Shown here: positions 1-8,136 of the stretch, piece by piece
Numbering within the stretch: the first letter of the stretch is position 1
Layout of the letters: each line of letters begins with the position of its first letter
From: Faecalibaculum rodentium
GTDB lineage: Bacteria; Bacillota_I; Bacilli_A; Erysipelotrichales; Erysipelotrichaceae
Assembly (NCBI RefSeq): GCF_001564455.1
Contig: NZ_CP011391.1
Span: 2,190,001 to 2,222,000, forward strand
Length of the DNA: 32,000 nucleotides
Direction of reading: 5' to 3'
The notes under the pieces: generated by a model
Told to the model about the DNA's origin: nothing
The model's database searches: none
Seen by the model: the letters and a program-made list of their open reading frames with translations, nothing else
Made by a program: the position numbers and the translations under genes

Positions 1-654
1 CTCGGAAAAACTCGACAGGTCGATGATCCCGATACCGTCCACAGTTTCGCAAACCACCGTGGAATCGTATTCCCCGGGCTCCAGGGTCAGGGTCAGAAGT
101 TCATCCCCCCGCCTGACTTCCACCGGGAGTTTCTGCCCTTCGTAATTCTGAATCGTCTGGGTGATCTCCTCATTGGGGAGCCCCTTTGTTTCCTTCGTGC
201 CGACTTTCACCAGGACATCACCGGTCCGCAGTCCGGCTTTGTCCGCCGTGGAATCCAGGAACACATCCCGGACCGTCATTTCATCATCGGCATTCCGATA
301 AAAGGAGATTCCCACCCCCACATTGGAGCCCGCAAGCGACTGGGAAAAGGCTTTGGCTTCCTCCAGATTGAAGTAATTCGTATGGGGATCTTCCTCCAGG
401 GTGGTCATTCCGGCAATGGCCTGCTCTGCGAGCCTGGAATCTAGGTCCTCGACCTGGTTCCCGTAAAACCACCGGTCTTTCAGGAGCCCGTAAATGTTCT
501 CGACCTTCGCCAGGTCATCGCTCTTGTGCGCATCCATGAGCAGCGGCACCGACACCCCTGCTGCAAAGCATGCGGCACAAAGCCCCGTCACGATCCATGC
601 TGTCTGCTTGTTTTTCCTGGTTTTCTCCAGACTCTTTTTATCCACCGGCTTCAT
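1..654 (-). CDS. S41-family carboxy-terminal processing peptidase (Ctp/Tsp-like), N-terminal 218 codons; 3' end runs off the left edge
   Basis: Absent from the ORF track because it is open to the window edge. Minus-strand ATG at 654..652. My translation begins MKPVDKKSLEKTRKNKQTAWIVTGLCAACFAAGV (N-terminal TM anchor). It continues ...GVGISFYRNADDEMTVRDVFLDSTADKAGLRTGDVLVKVG..., a PDZ-type segment typical of Ctp peptidases. The frame stays open for all 654 nt. The gene sits downstream of ftsEX, as in many Firmicutes. Confidence 0.75.
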   Translation of the reverse strand, partial: MKPVDKKSLEKTRKNKQTAWIVTGLCAACFAAGVSVPLLMDAHKSDDLAKVENIYGLLKDRWFYGNQVEDLDSRLAEQAIAGMTTLEEDPHTNYFNLEEAKAFSQSLAGSNVGVGISFYRNADDEMTVRDVFLDSTADKAGLRTGDVLVKVGTKETKGLPNEEITQTIQNYEGQKLPVEVRRGDELLTLTLEPGEYDSTVVCETVDGIGIIDLSSFSE

Positions 655-976
655 ACTCCATGCCTTTCCATTCCCCTGTTCTGTTGTCTCAGTCTTCTGA
701 TTTTCTGATTCTGTACCTTATATATAGTACACATAGAACACCAGTGGCAGGTGCATGCCTGCCTCCTCACACTGTGTTCTGCCGCTTTTTTCCGGACTTC
801 TTCCTGACCGCCATCATCCTTTCACCCGCCAAAGATGACTGAACTGCCTCCAGTCTGCCGATGCTGGACATGCCCTGCAGCAAAGCGCGCTGCTCCTCCA
901 TCGGGCTACCCTGCCTCCAGCAATACCGGATCCGCCATCGGCACGGGAGTCTCATGGCCATAACCGGAAGAAATCC

Positions 977-1003
977 ACAAAAAAACGACAGGGGAGCCTA
1001 TCG
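977..1003 (-). terminator. Intrinsic terminator after ftsX
   Basis: Minus strand reads CGATAGG-ctcc-CCTGTCG (7 bp stem with one mismatch) followed by TTTTTTTG. It overlaps the ftsX stop codon. Confidence 0.55.
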
Positions 1004-1897
1004 TTTTGCCTTGATGTACTTGGTGGCAGCCATGAAACTGGCCAGCCATCCCACGAGCAGGCCACCGCCGAAGAGCAGCAGGCCTGACCAGAACACTGTC
1101 TGTCCGGGTTTCATGAGTTCAAATACATTCGCGAAAAGAATGCCGCCCAGTCCATTATACAGACGCGGATATCCCCAGGCGATGAGCACAAAAGGAATCA
1201 CCGCCCCAAGAAGTCCCAGAACCATGCCCTGGAGCTCAAAGGGAATCTTGATGAAGGCATTCGAAGCGCCGACCTGGCGCATGGTGATGATTTCGTCCTG
1301 GCGGGAGTAAATCGTAGTGCGGATGGTGTTGTAGATCAGGTACATGGAAAGCACCAGCAAAAGGGCACTGCCAATGTAGCCGGCAATCCGCACGCGGCTG
1401 AGCAGCCGGGCAAGTTCCACGGTGCTTTCACCGCCATAGGTGACAGTCTCCACCCCGGGAATCAGACCTACCTGACGGGCAGCTTCCTGAATGTCGGTTC
1501 CGTTGTCAAGGTACACAAACCAGGCATCGGAAAGAGGGTTCTGTTCCCCGCGGTACACGGAAAAGGCCTCGCCTTTTTCCTGGATCATGAGCTCCAGCTC
1601 CTGGTCTTTGTCGGAGAAATCCGCCCGGTCCACAAATGAGAGCCCACGGATGTCATTCCCTGTCTGCTCCACTGCTGCCGGATCCAGCCCCTGGGCGAGC
1701 ACTGCATGGAGCCGCAGCCCGCTTTCCGCCCGGGAAGCAAACTGCTCGGTGTGATAGCCGATCAGCGAAAAACAGGCGATGAGAAACAGCGACACCGTCA
1801 CCGCGCCCAGGGCTGACAGTGACAGCGCCCAGTTGCGGGTGATGCCCCGCCAGGCACTTTTCAGTTCATAGAGGAACTGGAAGAACAGCCGCTTCAT
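998..1897 (-). CDS. ftsX: Cell-division ABC transporter permease FtsX
   Basis: 299 aa. FtsX architecture: N-terminal TM, ~100 aa extracellular domain, three C-terminal TMs, and the ...IITMRQVGASNAFIKIPF... segment. Its ATG overlaps the ftsE stop (ATGA at 1897..1894). Confidence 0.9.
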   Translation of the reverse strand: MKRLFFQFLYELKSAWRGITRNWALSLSALGAVTVSLFLIACFSLIGYHTEQFASRAESGLRLHAVLAQGLDPAAVEQTGNDIRGLSFVDRADFSDKDQELELMIQEKGEAFSVYRGEQNPLSDAWFVYLDNGTDIQEAARQVGLIPGVETVTYGGESTVELARLLSRVRIAGYIGSALLLVLSMYLIYNTIRTTIYSRQDEIITMRQVGASNAFIKIPFELQGMVLGLLGAVIPFVLIAWGYPRLYNGLGGILFANVFELMKPGQTVFWSGLLLFGGGLLVGWLASFMAATKYIKAKR

Positions 1898-2580
1898 AAC
1901 GATTTGTAGCCGCCTTTGCTGGAATCATGCACAATGTAGCCTTTGTCGAGCATGATCGTCCGCTTGCGGAACCGGTCCACAAGTTCCCGGTCATGGGTGA
2001 CCATGACGATCGTTGTGCCCTGGGTCTGGTTGATTTTCTCGAGAAGCTCGATGATTTCCAGCGACATATTGGGATCCAGGTTTCCGGTAGGCTCATCCGC
2101 AATGAGGATCGAAGGCCGGTTCGCAATGGCACGGCCGATCGTGACACGCTGCTGCTGGCCCCCGGAGAGTTCATCCGGGTAAGCCCGTTCCTTGTCCTTC
2201 AGATCCACGAGTTCCAGGACTTCCCTGACCCGCTGGCGGATCTGCTTCGAGGGCGTACCCGTTACCTCCAGAGCAAAGGCGATGTTTTCATACACCGTAA
2301 GCCTTGGCAGCAGCCGGTAGTCCTGGAAAATACAGCCGATGTTCCGGCGATACTTCGGGACTTTGCGGTGCTTGAGGGCCCCGACATTGGTGCCGTTGAC
2401 CGTCACTGTGCCGGAATCTGCCACTTCTTCGCCATTGAGCAGCTTGATGAGCGTGCTCTTGCCGGATCCTGTCGGTCCGATCACGTAGACAAATTCTCCG
2501 GGATCGATCCGCAGATCAATGTGATTCAGCGCATGCACCCCATTGGGGTAGGCTTTCGATGCATCCTTGAGTTCGATCAT
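1894..2580 (-). CDS. ftsE: Cell-division ABC transporter ATP-binding protein FtsE
   Basis: 228 aa. Walker A GPTGSGKST, ABC signature LSGGQQQR, Walker B ILIADEPTGNLD. RBS gaaAGGAGcctgcaATG. Confidence 0.93.
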   Translation of the reverse strand: MIELKDASKAYPNGVHALNHIDLRIDPGEFVYVIGPTGSGKSTLIKLLNGEEVADSGTVTVNGTNVGALKHRKVPKYRRNIGCIFQDYRLLPRLTVYENIAFALEVTGTPSKQIRQRVREVLELVDLKDKERAYPDELSGGQQQRVTIGRAIANRPSILIADEPTGNLDPNMSLEIIELLEKINQTQGTTIVMVTHDRELVDRFRKRTIMLDKGYIVHDSSKGGYKSL

Positions 2581-2668
2581 TGCAGGCTCCTTTCATTCAA
2601 TGCTGCCATCTGGCAGACCGGTCTGTCGGACTGCCCGGCTGCCTGTATATGCGGCTATATGCGGCGGT

Positions 2669-4060
2669 TCAGCTGAAGAAGACCTCCGGTCTCTCGCGGC
2701 AGGGGGTGCTGCTCTTGGCTTCACACGCTCCGGCGGTATTGCCCCACCCGGTCCCCCAGGCAAAATCCGCACTGGAAGAGAACCGCTTGATGGCGTCTTC
2801 GACACTCATGTTCCCGAGATTGATCACCTCGATGTGACAGTGAGGGCCCGTGGAGTTCCCGGAGTTGCCCGTCAGGGCGATCTGCTGCCCTGCAGACACG
2901 GACTGACCCGCCCGCACAGCCATCCCCTCCTGCGAGAGGTGGAAAAAGGAGAAGGCATACAGGGACCCATTCATGGAACACAGCAGGCAGATTGAATTGC
3001 CGCTCCCATACGGATAGCCGGACATGTTTCCCAGGTACCCGGAGTTGGAAGCCACGGGATTGGCCGCATAGAGCACAATGCCGTTGGCAGGTGCCACCAC
3101 CGGCGTTCCAATGGGAGCCGCCCAGTCAAGACCCAGGTGAAGTCCCCCACCGGGGTACGCCCAGGTCCCGGCAGAATACTGGCCGCCAAGAACCGGGACA
3201 TTGAATCCCGAACTCGTTGTGATGGACGCAGATCCTGCTGCCGCGGAGGTGATCACAAAGTCGCGGATCGCATTCATGTCGGCTTCCGCCGCCCGTTTCT
3301 GTGCCTGCAGTTCCGCAATCTGCTGCTGGTACTGCGCCACAAGCTGGTTATAGGAATCCTCGAGGCGCTGCGCTTCCGCTTTCTGTTCCTCGAGCTCGGC
3401 TTTCTGTGCCGTGTTTTCCTCCTGCAGACGCTTTTCCTCGCTCACCGAGAGCTCCAGCTCGGCCTTCATTTCATTCAGGCGGCTGATTTGCGCCTGGTCA
3501 TCCTCGGTGATCCGCTCAATGCCGGAAATCCGCCGAAGCATGTCATTCAGGTCACTGGCACCCATCACCAGATCCACCAGCATGTTGGTCCCCACATTGC
3601 CCTGTTCGTGCCGCATGCGCGACTTGATCTGTGCATCCCAGGCATCGATCTCCGCCTGTTTCTGCACGATCTGTTCCTGCAGGGCCTGGATATTGGCTTC
3701 GATCTGGGCAATCACGGCCTCCTTCTGGCTGATCTGGTTCGAGAGCTCCTCTGCCAGGGCCTTCTGTTCCTGAGCCAGGGCTGCGACTTTGTCCGTCTCG
3801 CCCTCCAGGCTGCCAATGGAGTTGGAAAAATCCGTAATGGACTGCTGCAGCTGCTGCCGCCGCTGGTTTTCATGTTCCCGGAACCCTTCGCAGGCCTTCA
3901 CGCCCTCGGAAGAGGTCTGGGGTTTTGTACACTGGCTGTACCAGTATTCTGTATCCGAATAGTCTTCTGCATACACCGGTATCATGACCGCAGGCAGACA
4001 GCCCGCTGCAGCCAGGGACGCGGATACGAGAAAACCCGTAAGTTTTTCTTTCAGTTTCAT
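2669..4060 (-). CDS. Secreted coiled-coil M23 (LytM-domain) peptidoglycan endopeptidase, EnvC/PcsB-like partner of FtsEX
   Basis: N-terminal signal/anchor MKLKEKLTGFLVSASLAAAGC. About 230 aa of Q/E/A/L-rich coiled coil. The C-terminal M23 domain keeps both metal motifs, HLGLD (HxxxD) and GPHCHIEV (HxH). I place the start at ATG 4060 (RBS GAGGTGGtatcgATG, ATGA overlap with the upstream FtsX-like stop) rather than the GTG at 4069 used by the ORF track. Confidence 0.88.
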   Translation of the reverse strand: MKLKEKLTGFLVSASLAAAGCLPAVMIPVYAEDYSDTEYWYSQCTKPQTSSEGVKACEGFREHENQRRQQLQQSITDFSNSIGSLEGETDKVAALAQEQKALAEELSNQISQKEAVIAQIEANIQALQEQIVQKQAEIDAWDAQIKSRMRHEQGNVGTNMLVDLVMGASDLNDMLRRISGIERITEDDQAQISRLNEMKAELELSVSEEKRLQEENTAQKAELEEQKAEAQRLEDSYNQLVAQYQQQIAELQAQKRAAEADMNAIRDFVITSAAAGSASITTSSGFNVPVLGGQYSAGTWAYPGGGLHLGLDWAAPIGTPVVAPANGIVLYAANPVASNSGYLGNMSGYPYGSGNSICLLCSMNGSLYAFSFFHLSQEGMAVRAGQSVSAGQQIALTGNSGNSTGPHCHIEVINLGNMSVEDAIKRFSSSADFAWGTGWGNTAGACEAKSSTPCRERPEVFFS

Positions 4061-4959
4061 CGATACCACCTCAGATATTTGCGGACAGCCAGCCAGGACC
4101 CCAGGGCACCGGTGAGCAGGCCGATGCCAAAGACACAGGCGGTCACATACGCCGCAAAGGGCCAGGGGGAAATCAGAACAAACATGTCTGACAGCAGTAC
4201 GCCGCCCAGAAGATTGTAGAGGGCCGGATAGCCCAGAAGGACCAGCAGTCCCGGGACAAGAGCGCCCCAGAATCCGATGATGAGTCCCTCAAAGACAAAC
4301 GGCGTGGTGATATACCAGTTGTAGGCACCCACCTGCCGCATGATGGCGATTTCCTCCTGCCGGGTGTGAATGGTCATTTTCACCGAAATCCTCGTCAGGT
4401 ACACCGCCAGTATGATCATGAAGCCCACCAGGAGCCATCCACCAGTCCGGGCCGCATCAAAGACATCCACCATTTTGGAAATCATGGATCCGCCATAGGA
4501 AACCGAAGCCACACCATCAAGTTTTGCCGCCTCCTTCGAAACAGCTTCCACCTGCTGGGCGTTTTCCAGATGCACGGTCAGGACATCCAGCAGCGGATTG
4601 CGGTCTTCTCCCGCATACTGGCTGAAGATTTCACCGTTTTGCGCAATGAGTTCGTCCAGCTCCTGGTCTTTGGTCGAATACGTCACGTGACCGGCTCCCT
4701 TCATGGAAGAGAGTTCATCCGTGAGGGCCTGGCGCTGTTCTTCCGTCACTGTCGGCAGCAGCGAGACCTGCACAACGAATTCGCTTTCGATATTTTTGGT
4801 GAACTGGTCAATGCTCGCAGCCATGACGGTCATGAACGTCGCGATCAGCAGCGCAATCGCAATGGACAGGCTGCTGGAGAATGCAGTGGAGAAATGACGG
4901 CTGATATCTTTGCTGGCACTGCGCACCATCCGTGGCAGGCTTTTGATGAACAAGAGCAT
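4057..4959 (-). CDS. Second FtsX-family permease paralogue
   Basis: 300 aa with the same topology as ftsX and visibly homologous blocks (QEEIAIMRQVGAYNWYITTPF vs QDEIITMRQVGASNAFIKIPF; YGGS.. ; GYP.LYN.LGG). RBS caaAGGAGGaagttATG. Confidence 0.85.
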   Translation of the reverse strand: MLLFIKSLPRMVRSASKDISRHFSTAFSSSLSIAIALLIATFMTVMAASIDQFTKNIESEFVVQVSLLPTVTEEQRQALTDELSSMKGAGHVTYSTKDQELDELIAQNGEIFSQYAGEDRNPLLDVLTVHLENAQQVEAVSKEAAKLDGVASVSYGGSMISKMVDVFDAARTGGWLLVGFMIILAVYLTRISVKMTIHTRQEEIAIMRQVGAYNWYITTPFVFEGLIIGFWGALVPGLLVLLGYPALYNLLGGVLLSDMFVLISPWPFAAYVTACVFGIGLLTGALGSWLAVRKYLRWYR

Positions 4960-4986
4960 AACTTCCTCCTTTGCACAGTTATATTG

Positions 4987-5015
4987 ATTGTATCATGCGC
5001 AAGAGCCGTAACCAA
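4987..5015 (-). promoter_or_regulatory. Candidate sigma-A promoter for the ftsX'-M23-ftsEX cluster
   Basis: Minus strand: TTGGTT (5015..5010), 17 nt spacer, then TGaTACAAT (extended -10, hexamer 4992..4987). About 28 nt upstream of the ATG. Confidence 0.4.
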
Positions 5016-5270
5016 AACGCAGGAAAATGTTAAGGTGATGTAACGATTTGCGTCCCCTGTCCCATAATTCAGCCGAGGTTCACAAAAATTCCCATCATAC
5101 CGGCAAACTTTCCCGATAATGGTTTCGTATCTTATAGATGTGCCAAGAGAACACAGAAAAAAATCTCTTCATAAATCTCTCTCCTATAACAGATGAAGGC
5201 AGCCCTTTCCAGGCTGCCTTTGTCGTATGCCAGTATACGGAGTTTTTCCCATTCAGGAAAGCCCGCTGCC

Positions 5271-5319
5271 AAAAAAAGAGACGCCTGACAGGCCACTGCC
5301 ACTGTCCGGCGTCTTTTTT
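5271..5319. terminator. Bidirectional intrinsic terminator downstream of the Sel1-repeat gene
   Basis: AAAAAAAGAGACGCCTGACAG-gccactgcca-CTGTCCGGCGTCTTTTTT. A long GC-rich stem flanked by an A-run on one side and a T-run on the other. Confidence 0.7.
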
Positions 5320-5381
5320 CATCCTCCCGCAAAACACGTGCCTCTCTCCCCAGGCCTGTCAGCCGGCTGCAGCCCTGTCTG

Positions 5382-5855
5382 TCAGCACCCCGCTTTTTCC
5401 AGCACCCGGTGCTGACGCTGCAGTCCGGCATTTTCCGGATCTGCCTCCAGCCCCTGGAGATTCCAGTACTTTGCCTGCTGCAGGTCCCTGGGTGTTCCCT
5501 GCCCCATCATGTACATCGCCGCCAGCGGCTCATATGCCCGGGTGCACCCGGCCATCGCCGCTTTCTGAATAAAATAAAATGCCTTGTCAAACTCACGGCG
5601 CTCCCGCAGCATCATCCCGAGATTCAGCATGGATTCGGTATCTCCATTCAGTGCGGCCAGCCTGGTGTATTCCAGTGCCTGGGCCGGATTCTGCAGGGTA
5701 TTCATGTACAGATCCGCCGCCAGAATCTGGCTCTCCAGATCTCCCCAGTGAGCTGCCTGCCGGATCAGGGGCAGGGCCGCCGGCAGATCGCCTGCTTCCA
5801 TCAGCTGCCTGTATTCGCGAATCACATCATTCAAAAGTTCCTGTTCCATATCCAT
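5382..5855 (-). CDS. Sel1-like (SLR/TPR-type) repeat protein
   Basis: Repeating A..(Y/W)......G...A...L(G/A) blocks, e.g. ALEYTRLAALNGDTESMLNLGMML and FYFIQKAAMAGCTRAYEPLAAMYMMGQGTPRDLQQAKYW. Start moved to ATG 5855 (RBS GAAGGAagcgtgATG), because the ORF-track start at 5999 lies inside the tRNA-operon terminator. Confidence 0.7.
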   Translation of the reverse strand: MDMEQELLNDVIREYRQLMEAGDLPAALPLIRQAAHWGDLESQILAADLYMNTLQNPAQALEYTRLAALNGDTESMLNLGMMLRERREFDKAFYFIQKAAMAGCTRAYEPLAAMYMMGQGTPRDLQQAKYWNLQGLEADPENAGLQRQHRVLEKAGC

Positions 5856-5978
5856 CACGCTTCCTTCTGCATACAGTGTATCCTTTGCGAACAGTCCGCT
5901 CAAAGGAATCAGACCAACGACACTGCCTGCACGGTGCCGATGGTGGCTGACATGCCAGGACTGCATCCATGCAGGAAT

Positions 5979-6011
5979 ATAAAAGAAACCCCCAGGCACA
6001 TGACCTGGAGG
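5979..6011 (-). terminator. Intrinsic terminator of tRNA operon copy 1
   Basis: Minus strand: CCTCCAGG-tcatgtg-CCTGGGGG followed by TTTCTTTTAT, directly 3' of tRNA-Ala. Confidence 0.6.
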
Positions 6012-6026
6012 CTTTGATTTTCATAG

Positions 6027-6102
6027 TGGTGGAGCGTAGGAGGATCGAACTCCTGACCCCCTGCGTGCAAAGCAGGTGCTCTCCCAGCTGAGCTAACACC
6101 CC
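6027..6102 (-). tRNA. tRNA-Ala (anticodon UGC), CCA encoded
   Basis: Reverse complement is GGGGTGTTAGCTCAGCTGGGAGAGCACCTGCTTTGCACGCAGGGGGTCAGGAGTTCGATCCTCCTACGCTCCACCA. It folds as a cloverleaf with a 7 bp acceptor stem carrying the G3:U70 Ala identity pair, anticodon loop CTTTGCAC, and a T-loop GTTCGATCC. Confidence 0.97.
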
Positions 6103-6118
6103 ACAACAATAAAACAGA

Positions 6119-6195
<77 letters not shown>

Positions 6196-6214
6196 ATCTG
6201 TTGACTGCTCATTG

Positions 6215-6244
6215 ATATTAACATACTCACCGACTCTGGTGCAA
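6215..6244 (-). promoter_or_regulatory. Promoter of tRNA Ile-Ala operon copy 1
   Basis: Minus strand: TTGCAC (6244..6239), 18 nt spacer, TGtTAATAT (hexamer 6220..6215), about 12-20 nt before the tRNA-Ile 5' end. Copy 2 has the same hexamers and spacing even though the spacer sequence differs. Confidence 0.6.
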
Positions 6245-6534
6245 GAGAAAAATTCACGTGATTTCCACCGTACCCCTTTTCACGGATACTTTAAGCAGGA
6301 TGTATGCAACTTTTCGTTTTAACTCTCTGCCTGTACACTTTTTCTGATGAATTTCCCTGAACCCGTCGATTTTGACAGGTCTCATCTTTTGCTGAAAAAC
6401 CAGAGCAGACCACCGCACAAGATACAGATCACTGTCACCAGTACTCTCATACTTCGTACGATTTCTCATGACTCTGCGTTCAATGCACGTGTTTCCCATT
6501 GAACCACTTCCCAAAGCCGAATTACAATAATTAC

Positions 6535-7044
6535 ATGAAAGCCCATACAGTAAAAGCCTATAACCTGATTTTTCCCGTATACATGATCATGCTGCTGTCT
6601 CCTGTTTTGTGGGTGTTCATGATTATCGGCAATTTTCTGGTGGATTCCCTGGTCCTGCTCGCCACGATCGCCATTCTGGGCAGTATCAATAGCCTGCGCA
6701 TCTGGAAATCCTCCATTTTTCGCATCGTCTGCTTCGGGTTTCTCAGCGACCTAGCCGGAAGCCTGCTGAACGCCATTCTGGCCTTCACTGTCCTGAGTGA
6801 TTTCTATGTGGGAATGACTCCCTACAGCTGGCCTGGATGCGCGCTGCTGGCGCTGCCAGCCATCCTGACTGCCGCCATTCTCATTTATATCCTCAACAGC
6901 CGATTCGCCTTCCGGAAAATCGGGTTGTCTTTAACCATCCGCAGAAAGCTGGCTCTTTCCCTGGCTGTTCTTACAGCCCCCTGGGTCATGATGATTCCTC
7001 TGGATGCCTGGAATGCCTTTTTCCAGCTCTTCGGGTTCCGCTGA
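6535..7044 (+). CDS. Hypothetical polytopic membrane protein
   Basis: Four or five hydrophobic helices (LIFPVYMIMLLSPVLWVFMIIGNFLV..., ALLALPAILTAAILIYIL...). I recognise no family motif. Start uncertain: TTG at 6499 in the ORF track, first ATG at 6535, and no clear SD at either. Confidence 0.5.
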   Translation: MKAHTVKAYNLIFPVYMIMLLSPVLWVFMIIGNFLVDSLVLLATIAILGSINSLRIWKSSIFRIVCFGFLSDLAGSLLNAILAFTVLSDFYVGMTPYSWPGCALLALPAILTAAILIYILNSRFAFRKIGLSLTIRRKLALSLAVLTAPWVMMIPLDAWNAFFQLFGFR

Positions 7045-7101
7045 TTTGTCGGGTGGCGGTTTTCGCCATTCCCGCTGCCCTCAACACCAAGGAGACACTG
7101 T

Positions 7102-8034
7102 ATGAAAGCACTGATATTCGGTTCCCTGAACCAGGACATCGTCTATGACGTCGATCACTTCGGCAAACCCGGTGAAACCACAAAAGCGCTTCGCATCAGC
7201 CGCTACCCCGGCGGCAAAGGTCTCAACCAGGCAATCGCCGCTTCGAAAGCCGGAAGCAATGTGCATATGGCCGGCTGCATTGGCCCGGAAGGGACCTGGC
7301 TGCTGAATGAACTGGAAACTGCCGGTGTAAACGCCACCCATATCCGGATTGTGCCGGATACTGCCACCGGGACAGCAATCATTGAACGGGACCCTGCGGG
7401 GGCGAACCGCATTCTTCTCGATCCCGGGGCCAACAACTGCTGTACACCAGAGCAGATCCGGGAAACTCTGGCGGGCTTTGAAGCCGGAGATCTGCTGATC
7501 TGTCAGAACGAAATCAGCCACCTGACATCCCTGCTGGAGCAGGCCAAGGCCAAAAGAATGCGGATTCTCTTCAATCCCGCTCCCATGACCCCCGATATCC
7601 TGGACCTGGATCTTCGTGAAGTGACGTGGCTGGCAGTGAATGAAAGCGAATGTGCCCGGCTGCTGGGATGCACCTGTGACGACCCGATGCAGCTTTGCCG
7701 TCTGTTTCGCCAGCGGTATCCAGAAACAGGACTCGTGCTGACACTCGGGTCCAGGGGGTCACTGTCGCTTCAGGGCCAGTCTCTTTGCCGCGTCCCATCC
7801 TGCTGCGTGCAGGCCGTGGATACCACTGGAGCTGGTGACACCTGGCTGGGGTACTTTGCGGATGGCTGCAGCCGGGGTTTGTCTGTACCCGATTCCATGA
7901 TGCGTGCAAATGCAGCTGCAGCTTTATCGGTACAGGTTGCCGGTGCAGCCTCTTCGATTCCCTCAGACCGCGAGGTCTCAGCGTTTCTGGCTCAGCAGCC
8001 GATGGAGTCTGTCATCACCGAACTGGAACTGTGA
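7102..8034 (+). CDS. rbsK: Ribokinase / PfkB-family sugar kinase
   Basis: 310 aa. N-terminal GSLNQDIV...PGGKGLNQA and C-terminal VDTTGAGDTW (PfkB signature 2). RBS AAGGAGacactgtATG. Confidence 0.82.
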   Translation: MKALIFGSLNQDIVYDVDHFGKPGETTKALRISRYPGGKGLNQAIAASKAGSNVHMAGCIGPEGTWLLNELETAGVNATHIRIVPDTATGTAIIERDPAGANRILLDPGANNCCTPEQIRETLAGFEAGDLLICQNEISHLTSLLEQAKAKRMRILFNPAPMTPDILDLDLREVTWLAVNESECARLLGCTCDDPMQLCRLFRQRYPETGLVLTLGSRGSLSLQGQSLCRVPSCCVQAVDTTGAGDTWLGYFADGCSRGLSVPDSMMRANAAAALSVQVAGAASSIPSDREVSAFLAQQPMESVITELEL

Positions 8035-8136
8035 TCAACGGCGAAAACCAGCCTGATCATGTCAAAGTCAGCATGAAAAACAACCCGCTTTTCCCGGACA
8101 CATGCGCCACGATAAAGCGGGTTTTCTCATCAATGG

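Noticed and set aside
767-961. A 64 aa minus-strand ORF in the 340 nt gap between ftsX and the S41 peptidase.
   Set aside because: The only SD-like sequence is 12 nt from the internal ATG, the composition is unremarkable, and I have no supporting motif. It remains possible but unsupported.
6254-6514. An 86 aa minus-strand ORF next to the tRNA pair, considered as an integrase or transposase remnant marking an island boundary.
   Set aside because: I could find no recombinase or transposase motif (no R..H..R..Y context, DDE or HUH) and no RBS. The only support is position and slightly lower GC.
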